NCBI GenBank assembly: GCA_964016885.1
Contig: OZ024740.1
Span: 168,516,001-168,580,000, forward strand
Length of the DNA: 64,000 nucleotides
Reading direction: 5' to 3'
DNA from: Eledone cirrhosa
Taxonomy: Eukaryota
Part shown: positions 27,365 to 41,430 of the stretch, piece after piece
Numbering within the stretch: the stretch's first letter is position 1
Layout: the number at the start of each line of letters is the position of its first letter
The notes under the pieces: model-generated
Databases searched by the model: none
What the model was told of the DNA's origin: nothing
The model's input: the letters and a program-made list of their open reading frames with translations, nothing else
Translations under genes and position numbers: made by a program

Positions 27365-28845
27365 TCAATAATTGATTTTGTTATTGCCTCTGATCTCTTT
27401 GATTTTGTGCTGGATGTTTGTGTTAAGAGAGGAGCTGAGCTGCCAATTGATCACCATTTAGTTATCTGCAACCTGAGACTAAACCAAGAAAAGCCACAAA
27501 ACTGACTGGTCCAGTTTGATTTACAGGATAAAGTGAGAACCACTGGCTGATAAGGAAACCAGGACTAGGTATGGATTCTATTGCATTCAAATTCAACTAA
27601 TCCATAAGCAAACAGTTGATATTGAAATGGAGTGGAGAGTGTTCAGCTTGGCAGTTTCTGCTTCAGCTGTTAAATGCTGGGTGAAGGCTGCTTTGTGTGG
27701 TGCCATGTGGCAGAGAGACCCCTTGGTTCAATTAGGTGGTCAAAGATGCCATCTGAGCAAAGAAGGAGGCTTAGAAAACTTTGCTTGGAAAGAAGTCCTC
27801 TTCTTACATTTGCAGTACGAGCAGGCATGAAAAGTCACAGCCAAGACAGTAAAGATGTCCAAAATTAAGACATGGGAAGACTTTCAGATTAGGCTGGAAT
27901 CTGCCTTTAGATCAGCAAATAAATTATTTTGGCAGACCATCTGGCAACCTCACAATAAGAAGTCCCCACCATACCAGCTATTAGAAAAGTTCCTGGGGTT
28001 CTCTCTTCAGAGAAGTGCATTCTCGCGAGGTGGAGAGAATACTTTACTGATCACTTAAACCCGGACATAACAACATTGATGTAGATGAGGTGCATCTAGG
28101 AGTAATGACTAACCTTTTGGAGTCTGATGTCACCAAAGCAATTAACTCTTTAGCATTCACATTACTCTATATATACTATTATATTTTCATGGTAAAGGCT
28201 TTACCTCGCATAATTATCTCACATAATATCGAATCTATGAGATTTTGAAAGTATTTATTTTGAGAACAATACCTTAACATCAGTATGAGTGGCCAATTAC
28301 AGCCAGTTTCAACAGAAAGAGGTGGAGAATTCTGGCCAGTTTTGGCCAGTTTGAACATTAAAGGGTTAAAAAGCTCAAATGTGGCAAGGCTGTTAGAGAG
28401 GATGAAATTTATTCTGAAATGTTAAAACCCTTAAATAGAGAAGCTATTCCCCAGCTGACTTGTATGTGCTGGAATTTCTGGACAGGCATCTAGGTAATGG
28501 CAATTGGGAGCAATAATCCCAATTTTTAAAAAGGTAGATGAGAGATTGCTCTGATTATAGAGGGATCTCCTTGTTAAGCCTCCCCTGGTAAAGTCTATGC
28601 TAAGTGCCTGGCAAAGAGATGTAGGGATATTGTTGAGTCCAAGCTAGCTGATGAACAGTGTGGCTTTTGCTCTGGATACAGCACAGCTGACCAAATGTTT
28701 ACATTGCGACAGGTCTTTGAGAAATCATGGGAGTATTGCCAAGAGGTGTATGCTTGTTTATAGGACCTGTTGTGGAAAGTTTTGCAGGAGTATGTGATCG
28801 ATGGACAGTTTCTTCTTGCCTCGAAGTCTCTATACGAATGCTTGA
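27365..28845 (+). mobile_element. RTE-like LINE, endonuclease C-terminus to RT N-terminus (inverted relative to 26700-27345)
   Basis: LIDFVI..VKRGAELPIDHHLV; YRGISLLS; EQCGF..STADQMFTLRQVFEKSWEY. Confidence 0.75.
28146..28365. mobile_element. piggyBac-like MITE inside the LINE
   Basis: TTAA on both sides; imperfect TIRs CTCTTTAGCATTCA / TGAACATTAAAGGG. Confidence 0.6.
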
Positions 28846-30129
28846 CTATTAGTTCATTTTATTCACCTGAGAATGATGGAAGGAAAGGTTGACATTAGTC
28901 ATCTTTCAATTCAGTATGTAGAGAGCCAGAACAAATACAGAGGATATTTGTAATGCAAATGAAGTGACATGATTCCAACCAAAAATTGAAACTAGGTTCC
29001 AAATTGAGTTACTAATATTTTATTTCTACATAATAAGGGTTTCTTTTATTTAGTACAGGATCATTTTTGTAAGAGGGGCAAGCTATAGTCAATACCAGGA
29101 ATAATTTTATAAACTCAATGCCATAAATGAATCCAGTGACAGAAATAAGGTTCATAATAGAACCTAAAGCCAGAAATAAGATTAGTAGAGGATTCATCAT
29201 CATCATCGATTAACGTCTATCTTCCACTCTAGCATGGGTTAGACGGGTTTGTCCCATTTAGATGCAAGTTGGGTCGGATGACCGTGTCTCGCTCATAGGA
29301 GTGTTTCTGGCCAGTTTTCTATGGCTGGATGCCCTTCCTAATGCCAACCAATTCATTGGCAGAAATATGGCTATAACTGAACTCAATGCTAGAAATATTG
29401 TCATAACTAAATTCATTGCTAGAAATAGAATTATAACTGAATTTAATGTCAGAAAAAGTTTATATCCAAATTGAGTGCCAGAAATAGGTTTCTAGATATA
29501 AATATGCTAGCTATCTCTGTCATAAATATTAAATAGGAAGTTAAGTGATATGAAGAGCTTAAATAAAAAACAAACAAAATAACACTTTTTGCATTTTGAA
29601 CTCACCATCCTTCCTCATCTGTTTCCATAAATGTTAGTCCAAAATATAAGAGATTCTGTACACTCAACACTAACCAGTCTTCTTTCACAATTGGTCCTTT
29701 ATCTATTACAAATTAGCAGCTATATTGCATCTGGTTAGATCATCATTCACTTGTGAAGTATATAAGTCTTTCACAAAGCTATAACATGATTATAGTGATT
29801 CGAAAGAGATGCCATTTATGGAATATTTAGTTTTCTCATGGCAACTTCAATCAAAATCAATATTTCCTAATGTAAAATGCTACCATATTCATATAGAGTA
29901 TGTGACATGATACAAATAGACAATTATTAGAAAGAAACCACAGGGTGTAAATAAAGATACTGATAAGAAAGACTCTCATAATAGGGAGGGAGTATGAAGA
30001 AAACAAAATCTTATTCTGTGTATTTATAGAAAAAATGAAGGACAAACTAAAAACTGTATAGATTGTGGATAAGAATAAAGTTCAGATAAGATTAAAACAG
30101 AATCCCCCTCACCTTCCTGAAAACAAAAC

Positions 30130-30790
30130 CAAATAAAATAAAGATAATATTGTAGTGGAATTCCAAAGGATACTTTAAAAATAGAGAGAAAAACATTTCT
30201 ATGGTCAAGTATTTTGCAAAAGTGAACAGAGAAGTTAGTCAGAAACTCTTCAGTAAAGGCAGAAACAGATGATCTGATTTTAGTAGTACATGATCAATGC
30301 CTAGCCTCAAAGGCTAACATCAGCTACAGGTTATGCAAGATCCCCTCACCACCACCACCACCACCACAACCACAAAAAAAAAAAAAATCTAACAAACAAT
30401 CAGCCACCTACTTTCCAACTGCAAAATATATCTGTAAACACGAGCATATTGGGCACTACACTCCCTGACTTGTATGTATGCTGGCACTTCAACATCACAA
30501 CTGAAAATTAATTTTATGAACACACATCAAATCCATTTTAAAATAATAACATGGTTATGATAATTCTGGAACATGCCTCTCCAGCCTGACAAAGATATCA
30601 AAGCAAGCTCTTTAGATATCATAAATCCAAGATGAAGAAAAACTTATGAATTATGTTAAAAATGAATCTCAATTATTTTCTACCTAAGGAGCTTGAAATG
30701 GAAATGAAGAACAAGAGTATTAGAGTAAAAATGTTACCAATAATAATGTTTTTCATTAGGTATAATAAAAAAAAAAGGAACATAAACAAA
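30130..30790 (+). mobile_element. Highly degenerate non-LTR element C-terminus (CCHC knuckle + restriction-like endonuclease, R4/Dong-like)
   Basis: Remnants resembling HDQCL..RLC..TISHLLSNC and IIWNMPLQPDKDIKA..DII. Confidence 0.45.
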
Positions 30791-31350
30791 AACACTCTAG
30801 AAGGGCTTACTTTATAAAATAATTTTTACCTCAAAATTTTATTGAACATATGTTTATAATATCAATGACAAAAAGAAAAATAGAAAAAAGAAGGGGAAAT
30901 AGGATGGAAATAGCTGAGCCACACAGGGAAGATGGTGAACACATCACTAAGAACAGCCAGTGATACTTGCTACATTGGCCATCAACCCAATTTTTATAAC
31001 ATAGTTCTGTCACAATTTTACTCAGCACATCTCTCATTCTATCTATACAAACCACTTTCAATTCAATAACACAACTCATACAGCAAATATTCTACATATC
31101 CTAAAACTATAAAAGCAGACTATTGCTATGATCACATCCTAATAGAAAACTTTCACAACAAACAAGTGCAACAATGATATAATAATAAATATCATATAAA
31201 GCCCACAATGTGGCAAAGTAGATGTAACTCAAATATCCTGCTCAAACAAAAGACACCCTTAAGAACACAGAGGTATGAAGCAATGAAAAACTCACAGGAA
31301 ATCACTGAAAACAAATTATAGTATTTAAAAAACGATAATAAATGATAATA

Positions 31351-31934
31351 CAGTGTACCCCCCAGCATTCACAGTCCTTAGAACCTAACTAATAATTGTT
31401 TGTGGAAACCACTGCATATCCGCGGAATTGTAAATATCTTCCATTATTTTTTTATTGTAGCACAATAAAGCAATGCAATATATATATATATATTGTATTT
31501 GTGTTGTTTTTTATCTCTCTCTCTCTCTCTCTCTCTTGGATTGGCAGTATTGGTAGAGGGTCGGATGCCATGCTTTGCAGCAAAGAGTTACGGCCCTTTA
31601 TGATCTGAGTTCAAATCCCGCCGAGGTTAACTTTGCCTTTCATCCTTACGGGGTCGATAAAATAAAGTACCAGAAATACACTGGGATATTTGCTGGCCTT
31701 GTGCCAAAAGTAGAAACAATTATTTTTTTATGACTTTTTTCATGGCAATATATATTTTTTCACGCTTTTTAACACTAATTCATTAATAACAATATACCGT
31801 ATTTGCCGGCCTATATCTTATATTATGTTTTGATGTTTATAGGCATTTTTATGGACCATGTCCAATATTCGCCACATTTCACTCTTTGCGGGTGCTCAAG
31901 GAACATAACCCCCACGAATACCGGGTGACAACTG
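31351..31934. mobile_element. Tc1/mariner-type MITE with internal SINE
   Basis: TA|CAGTGTACCCC ... GGGTGACAACTG|TA imperfect TIRs. Confidence 0.45.
31537..31723 (+). mobile_element. tRNA-derived SINE (young copy)
   Basis: B box GAGTTCAAATCC; body GCCTTTCATCCTTACGGGGTCGATAAAAT; (ATT) tail. Confidence 0.85.
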
Positions 31935-32443
31935 TATTTCCCCAAACTCATTCATGAATTGCAAAGAATAACAATAATGATGATGATAATAATGATAATA
32001 TCTATCTATTGCACAGAGCCACCATTTTGTGGCAAACAACATAAGTAACTGTCTGGTACTTATTTTATTGAGTCTAAATGGATGAAGTTCAAATACAAAG
32101 GTACCCTAATTACTGTGTATAATGAGTGCCATAACAGTATTCAAATATATAAATACATGTAAAATCACTAACTGTTCTTTAGATTTTGAAAATTACTAAA
32201 TTTTAATTTTCTAGAATGCATTCTTTTACTTTTACTTGTTTCAGTCGTTATTAGGGGCAATCGGGGGTATCACCTTGATTTAATCAATCATATCTACCCT
32301 GGATACTTAGTTTTCAACTTTACTACTTATTTTATTGATCTAGATTATGGGACATAAACACAGACACAAATGTAAAAATAGACACCTACTCACATACTCA
32401 CACACACGCGTGCACACACATATATACATATACATACATACAT

Positions 32444-32828
32444 ATGTTTCCTTCTCATATATATTAAGGCAGTGTTGTTAAGGAGTTTGCTACATGTCCA
32501 TGTGTTTCTGGGTTCAAATACACTGGGCAAGTGTCTTCTAACCAATATCTTACAAGTGGAATTTGGTAGACAAAAACTTGCAGAAGACTATTGTATGTGT
32601 GTGTTTGTGTATATATATATATATATATATAAATTTTCAATACCCGAATTACTTGATCGTTTTTTTTTGGCTATGCGAATGATTATTTAACCATCGTTTC
32701 AGTGTGTTTGGCCTTTAACGTTTGTTATAGCTCTGGTTCATCTGAATCATTGAGCACTTGCCGCACATCTCGGAGGTTGTTTTTCGTTATTTTGTGGGCC
32801 GAAATGCGAATCTCGATAATTTATGTTT

Positions 32829-32889
<61 letters not shown>

Positions 32890-33039
32890 TAATAGTCTTC
32901 TGCAAGTTTTTGTCTACCAAATTCCACTTGTAAGATATTGGTTAGAAGACACTTGCCCAGTGTATTTGAACCCAGACACACATGGACATGTAGCAAACTC
33001 CTTAACAACACTGCCTTAATATATATGAGAAGGAAACAT
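32444..33039. repeat. ~150-bp near-perfect inverted duplication flanking (TA)n and a 200-bp repeat fragment
   Basis: 32444-32591 is nearly identical to rc(32890-33039). Confidence 0.9.
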
Positions 33040-35487
33040 GAATTGGACTAAGTTTTATGTTTTACAAGTCTTTTGCAAAAACCAAAATTTATATATATTG
33101 ACTTTTAAAATATTGTAAAACTAATGTTTGCTTTCATTTCTTTTCCTTCTCAACCATATAGCAACTGAGTGCATCTTTAACTTGTACTCTGACTTGTGTG
33201 ATCATTTTTACATTCAGATTTACATCTTCGTCCATTAACCAAAGAGCTACAAAGAAAAGGAGCACTTTCAATGCCACATTTCTAAAAAACACTGCATATG
33301 ATTTTCAAATAATTTTAAAGAGGATTAAGAATTTAGATAATATTGGTTATATAATTATCTTTCTCATTATATAAATTGGAGATCATTTTTATTTTGTTAT
33401 CTGTTATACATAAACATATTATGTCAACTATATTTTACAGACAGAAGTTATACAATGATGGAAATATTAAAAAAAAGATAAAAATAAAATTAAGTAATGA
33501 AAAAAAGCTGGGAAGGGGTAAAGAAGGGCAGATCTAGCTGTATAGGAAAGTAAAGGAAAGGACTATAAATGCCATAAATGAGAAGAAAAAACGGGAGGAG
33601 TAGGGACTATAAGGCAGCAGAAGAAAGAGAGAGTGAAGCAGAGAGGGTGACAGACTCTATGCCTAGGTGGGGGCAGTGTTTCATTATTATGCTGGTGTTT
33701 AGGCAATGTCATCATGCACAGATTTGAACTTAGAATGTAGAAAGATGCATCTAAATATTGCAAAGCATTTTGTTTGACATTCTATTGTTTCTGCCACCTC
33801 ACTGATCTTAACACACTGCTATTAATAAATAAATATATAAGAATTGCAACATTGGTAGAATGCCAGACTAAATATGTTATAGTATCCAGTTTAATCATTT
33901 TGTTTTCATCCATTCAAAAATGATAAAATATGTATGAATAATATACAACACAAGTGTATTTAAGATTGTTTTCCTTGTGTGCCTATGACATACTTCATGC
34001 AAAGCAATGTTTTATAATTAGATGACCTTTCTGGCACCAACCCTTTTAGTCACCTCTTACGACACCCAGGGATGTGGTGTACCTATTCTAGACTGCATAC
34101 TTACATAATATATTTCTGTGTATTGAGAGTATATTCTCTGGATTTGTAGTTCTTGTTGCATTCAAAGTTTGAAATTCATACTGAAATTTTCTGATGTGCA
34201 ATAAAATAAAGGAAGCCATTACTCATTTCAAATAGCTATCTGAAATATTTCTTTGTATAATTTCCTTGTTTTCTGAATTTAAAACATACTATGTCGAATA
34301 TTAATAACAAAATTACATTTATACTAAACCAGGTAATAAATATGAATATGTGCCTGTACATGTGAGCACACACATAAACTTTGAAATGGACTGGTTTGGA
34401 GGTGTGTCATATGCAATTAATATTGTTTCTTAAATGGGCTTTGAACTAAAATATTTAAGAAGAAAATGATGTGATTACAATCAAGAGTCAATATTGGTTT
34501 GTAAGACTCTTTTATTGAGAGGTGTGTGTGTGAGTGTGTGCGTGTGTGTACACATGTAAATGTATATATGTGTGTTTGTGTGAATAGCTGATTTGTGTAA
34601 CATTTAGTAATGGAAGTAATAAATATTATTGCATAATGGTAGTGTGCTGGACTTAATGCCTTTCTGTATTTAACCTCATCTCTAATAACATAGTGTGTTC
34701 AAATCCTGCCATAATAGATTTTATTTTTCCATTTCTCTACGTCCATCCTTACCATATATATATGTGTGTGTGTATTGGTGATTTACATGGTAAATGCACC
34801 CAGTACATGCTGTAAAGTGGTTGGTGATAGGAAAAGCATCCAACCATAGAAATCTTACCAGACAAAGGATCTGGAGGATCCTCCAGTCATGTCATGGGCA
34901 TGACAATCTCTCCTTTGCACTCAATGGAATGTGAGACTGTACATAAGTGCACAGATCCCTCGCCTGTCTGGGAGATCAGTGGCTCCACTTCAGTACTGAC
35001 TTGGTCTATACAGACCCGTCTAACCCTTGCTAGCACGAAAAGCATACATTAAAACGAAAATGATGGTAATGTTGATATATAAACTGATTTTATGTATGCT
35101 TCTAAGAAACAAATCCTTAGTATTTTATTTTTTGTATAAATGTGTATTATTTATTTTCCTGGATTTTCTTTTCTTTTTTCTTATATACATTTCATATTAG
35201 GAGAAAAAAAAAATCACTCAGAAACATTTGTAAACAACCATACAAGTGCTGTAAAAATGTGGCTGGCAGTTCATTCTCCTAAAAGACTTTAGTCTGCTTC
35301 TATGTTTAGTATAACTGAAAGTGATTGCCCAAGATGCTAGGATTGTATGTAGTTGTATATTTAGAATTTTATCCCATTTGACTGAACTACATGAGACTGC
35401 TTCCGGTTCTATAATGCAAAACTATCTATTTTAAAGTTTTTATTATATCTAGAAACGAACCTTTTATCATAATTTTATGTCAGAACG

Positions 35488-35730
35488 TTGTTATATTTGG
35501 AGAGGGTCATGTTATAATATTGCAAGAAATATATAGTAAAACACACTCACTGTCTGGGTTGGTTTTCGCTTCAGTATATTTTATATTTCTATAATTAATT
35601 CAGCTGATAATCAATGTTTATCATTGATTAACCAACAGTTAAAAATGTAGACATAAATGTAGTTTCTCAGAGTTCTTTCGTCACACACCTGTGACATCAT
35701 CAGTAATGTTATTATGTTTCCTGCTATTGT
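35488..35730 (-). mobile_element. Solo Penelope-type 3' UTR/pLTR fragment
   Basis: Shares GAAGCGAAAACCAAC..CAGTGAGTGTGTT..CATGACCCTCTCCAAATATAACA with 18335-18640 and 49982-50292. Confidence 0.7.
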
Positions 35731-38700
35731 ATTGCTGTAATGTATTCTTATTCTATTTAAACTTTATTAAGTTATGCTTTAAACACAAGCTTAATCATGA
35801 GAAAGTTAGTTATATTACTAAACCCCTCCAAATTCTTGATTATTTTCAAAATTATTTGAAAATTCTAGACAATGTCTTTCATTAGAAATATGGTAATGAA
35901 AGGATGAATGTTCAAAGACATCATTCAGTAGTTTATTTCATAATCTTTCACATTTCCTTTTTATAAATACACCATCTGTATTAAACCCATGTCTGTTACT
36001 TGGTACTGGCACTGTTTCCTTAAATATTTATGTTAAGTCATACTAATACTATAGAGTCATACAAATAGTGTTTTCCACACCTTGTCATTGCAGATTGACT
36101 CGTTTATGCATCAAGTTAATGATATATAACATTAATCAATTGTATAGATGTTTTTGAACCTGAAAGTAAGAAGAAATGGCTAGCTACTCAGTGTGTTAAG
36201 TGTTACTAAGAATGGCCAACATTACTTTAATCGTAGACTACACACAGGCTTCCAAACACGGAAAGCTAGCTGAAGTGTGTAATTGGTATCATTGAGCTGT
36301 GATGGTAGAATACCATGCAGTTTACTTCTCAGGATCTTGACTACAATGTTTTAAGAAGTCTATTGTGTAGTGAGTTTCCTGGCTATGTAACAATAATTAT
36401 GTTTGTGTAAGAGATAAGTGAATGTTAAGTTTTGCTTGCTTTTTATTCACATAAATAGAAATCTGAATAACAATATATTAAATTGGAAAGTAGGAATAAT
36501 GAGAAATGGGGAAGATATATTGTATGGCTTTATTTTTATGGAAGCAAGAGAAGAATTAGAATGAAGTTATAAACACTCACATGTAAGCTTTCTCATACTT
36601 CTATTTCAACAGAAGAGGCTCTCTGCTGCATACTTCTTTTTACAGGCTATGACTTATAGCAGTGAACTCTTAAAGGACTAGAAAGAACAGAAAATGTCTA
36701 AATTCTTCTAATATTTTTTTAGTTTGGAAATCAGCTATGTTCAACAGTTCTAATAATATTATTACTGTCATTGAATAATCCTAGTTATTTCTTATTGACT
36801 ATATATGTGCTATGATGATTACTGATCAAATGATTGTTGGTGTGATCAAAAACTCAGTGAGTCAAACATGATAAAATTTGATCCACTTAATTGTAGATGA
36901 AATGCTAAGTCACCTGTTAGAAATACTCATTCTCACTAATTTAAATCAAATTTATTTTCCATCTAGTTTCGTGTCTTTGTCTTTGGGTTATAATTCTACT
37001 TGTTTTGGCTCATCTCTTAGACACTTATACAATGCTTAAAACTATTATTAACAAATCTACGAAGAGTTAAGGGATTAAATAGTAAGATATTGTAGTTGTT
37101 AAACTGAATGTATATATGTAATATATCATAGAAATAGAGTATTTTGAGCAACTGCTGTTTTTTTTTATTTACCTTATTTTGTATTTGTTGCAAATCTAAT
37201 CCATTTTGTCTAACAAAGTCTGCTAGGGTCTCAATTCAAATGAAAATAAAATACAATTCACATTTTTATCTGACAAATATGTTCATATATTTTCAAAATA
37301 GATATTTGAAAAAAAGCAAATAGTTTGAGTTGTAATTGACCTGAAAAACTTGTATTGTGATATGATTTTTTCTTAGGCTGTTGTAACATTACTATTCTTG
37401 TTTTGCATGTTGCTGCCTACCACCATTAGATCTTAATCTAAGAAAGTCTTCTCTTTATTTCCTAGCTCCCCCATTATATCATCTATCTTTTATTGAATGG
37501 TTGCCACTATAATGTATTGTACAGTGATGTAATATATTTTATATTTTATTTTCTAAATATTTTCTTGAAATTTTAAAAAATCAGTTTCTAATAGCACTTT
37601 TCTTCTACTTTTTAAGTAGGTGCTAACATTTTGTGTTATATTCAGATATTTTTTCATGTTTTCTCTTATTACACTATGAAAACACTAACAGCAACTACAT
37701 TTGTACTAAGTCACACATAAAAGTGGTGGAATATATTTTTTATAAATCAACCCTAATACTTGTCTAGTACTTATTTTACTGATTCAAGAAGGAGAAAAGC
37801 AATGTTGATGTAGACATGAGTTGAACTCAGAATGTAAGGGGATATAACAAAATACAGCAAAGCCTTCTATCTGCTGTAGAATTTTATAATTTCTTCTGAA
37901 ATTGCAATAAATTGAACACAAATAATATATTGCAAAATACGAAATGGACAAGCAAACAAAATTAGGGTGTGGTATAGAATGTAGGTATAATACAGGTGCT
38001 GAATAAACATCATCAGTTTACTACCTGGATATTTGCACTGTCATGACTATATTGTTTATCTTGAACTACCAATGCCTCCTGTTGTACTGCCAAGTTAATG
38101 AATTTTGGAAATGGTCCATAATCTTCAACTGAAAGTCCTCTGAGAAAGGCTATACATTTCTTTGTTGTTAATTATGATATTCCTGTAAGCTACACTCATG
38201 TTTTCAACTACACTTTTATAGAATTTGAAGATGGTAGTTACAAAAAAAAAAACTGCAATGCTCAGTGAGCGAATGACTAAATTCCAGGTACCTCATACCT
38301 ATCTTTGGCCTCTACTTGGCATATGATATAATTGGAGTGTTTAGATTTTTTTTTGTAATTGTCTTTGGTTAAGAAATCCAACCCTTGCCATGTGAATTTA
38401 TTTGATAGTGAGCTGCTGTAATACTATTTGAGTACATCTTATTTCGGCTGATACCTTAAAAAAAACTGCTATGCTTAAATCTGGTTAGGAACTACAGTGT
38501 TATTGAAGCTATCTGGATATGTTCTTTACAGATTACTGCTTAGGTAGTTTGTTAGAGGTTCCAGTGAAGGCAGACAAAAAGTACATCCTCATTTATTTTC
38601 ACTTAAGTTTGTTTATGTAATTCTAAAATATATAAGATGACTCTATACATTGATTGTTTTATTACAACACTAAAGAACAACACAACCATGCTCCATTCTT

Positions 38701-39768
<1,068 letters not shown>

Positions 39769-40094
39769 AAGGGCCTACATAAGTGTGTGTGTATATATAT
39801 ACACACACACACACACACATTATGTAGGCCCTTTACTATCTTTAATTAATTTTGATTTTTATAATTTCAAAGCTATTAAATCAATCTACACAGATTTTTA
39901 TTACTGGATTTAAAAACAATATTTTCAGAGCTCCCAAAATTCTTGTTTAACTTCTACTTATAGGTCAAGGTTTCACTGCATTATGTATTGACATTATGTT
40001 ATGGAACTTATCTGTTAAAACTATGAAATATGTTTGTTAGATGTTACAAAATATTTTTAATATAATAACAATGATAACAACAACAACAACAATA

Positions 40095-40550
40095 ATAATA
40101 ATGATTCTTTATTATTAGCCACAAGGGCCGAACATGGAGGACAATACAAAGATGGGGACAGTGGGGATTTATATGCAATCAAATAAAACGATTAACAAAT
40201 AAACAAAAACATATCAACAATAAAGTATTGCTACAGCTAAAGAGGTTGTGTGGTGGACACGACTGAAGGGTCTGAAGACACTTTCCTCTTTGGTCAAGCC
40301 TTCTTCAACATTTTCAAGTTCCACTTGGAGAGGAAGATAAGGGTGGAGAAAGAAATGCTGCCCTCAGAACATTTTTAAAAAATGCGTGATTGTTGTGAGA
40401 ATGGCCCATGTGAATCTGATCATGCACCTGTTGGATAGAAAGATCGAGGGAGAGAAGAGAGCCCTCCTAGGGTGCTCTTGGAGATGAGGGTGGGTTAGGA
40501 ATTGTGGGGTTCCTAACGTCACCCCTGGGCCGTATCTCCCCCCCCCCCCT
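40095..40550 (-). mobile_element. Probable LINE (L1/Tx1-like) 3' end
   Basis: Pyrimidine-rich 3' UTR ending AATAAAAGAATC(ATT)n; a related tail at 40567-40675. Confidence 0.4.
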
Positions 40551-40729
40551 ATCCTATTGAGGAATTCTGTTGGTCACTAGGGCTGAAGCACTAAGGATAA
40601 TACAAATAAACAGGGATGGGGATTTGCATAAATCTAGTAAACAACACCCCCACCTCCCAAACAACAACAACAGTATAAGTTGGAGATCACCTTCTGTGGA
40701 GTTAAGTTACACCATCTTGCCTGCAAATT

Positions 40730-41010
40730 CCAGCCGACTGATTCTACACCTTCCAGTCGACTGATTCTACACCTTCCAGTCATGATACCACTTCCAACCC
40801 GGCTGCACATATCAATCCTGTTCATGAAAATAATGAACAGGATAGATGACAGCATGCACCCTTGGAAGAATCTGACACCCCTATTGAATGGCTTTGATTT
40901 AGCTCCATTTATCTGAACACAAACACTTGGGCATTCATATAGAGACATTAGGGCAACATGAAGCTGACCATCAATCCTATACTCCTGCAGAACCTTCCAC
41001 AGCTGTTCCT
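40730..41010 (-). mobile_element. RTE-like RT fragment, same family as 26700-28845
   Basis: LWKVLQEY..SLYECP..QGCMLSSILFIIFMNRIDMCS. Confidence 0.8.
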
Positions 41011-41267
41011 AATTTTACCTTCCCCCAAAATTATTGGCCTTGTGCCTAAATCAGAAATCATTATTATTGTTATTATCTAAAGAGAAAAGAATATTAGAAT
41101 TACTAGAGTGTTGGACAAAATGCCCAGCTGTATTTATTTATGTCCTTTTATGCTTTGAGTTCAAATTTTGTTGAGGGTCAAATTTGCCTTTCATTTTTTT
41201 TATCTAGGGTTGATAAAATAAATATCAGTCAAGTACTGAGGGCAATATAAGCAAGTATACCATGTAG

Positions 41268-41430
41268 AGGCTCGGACATGCTTTCCAGCATAGTTTCGTC
41301 CCTTTATGATCTGAGTTCAAATCCCGCCGGGGTTAACTTTGCCTTTCATCCATACAGGGTCGATAAAATAAAGTACCAGTACTGTACTGGGTAATTGCTG
41401 GCCTTGTGCCAAAAGTAGAAACAATTATTA
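41268..41430 (+). mobile_element. tRNA-derived SINE (5'-truncated)
   Basis: Same family. Confidence 0.8.

Noticed and set aside
31537-31625. tRNA genes at B-box matches (GAGTTCAAATCC)
   Set aside because: No cloverleaf; all are heads of a dispersed SINE family
40727-40780. 23-bp tandem duplication TTCCAG(C/T)CGACTGATTCTACACC
   Set aside because: Ordinary slippage at the end of a LINE fragment
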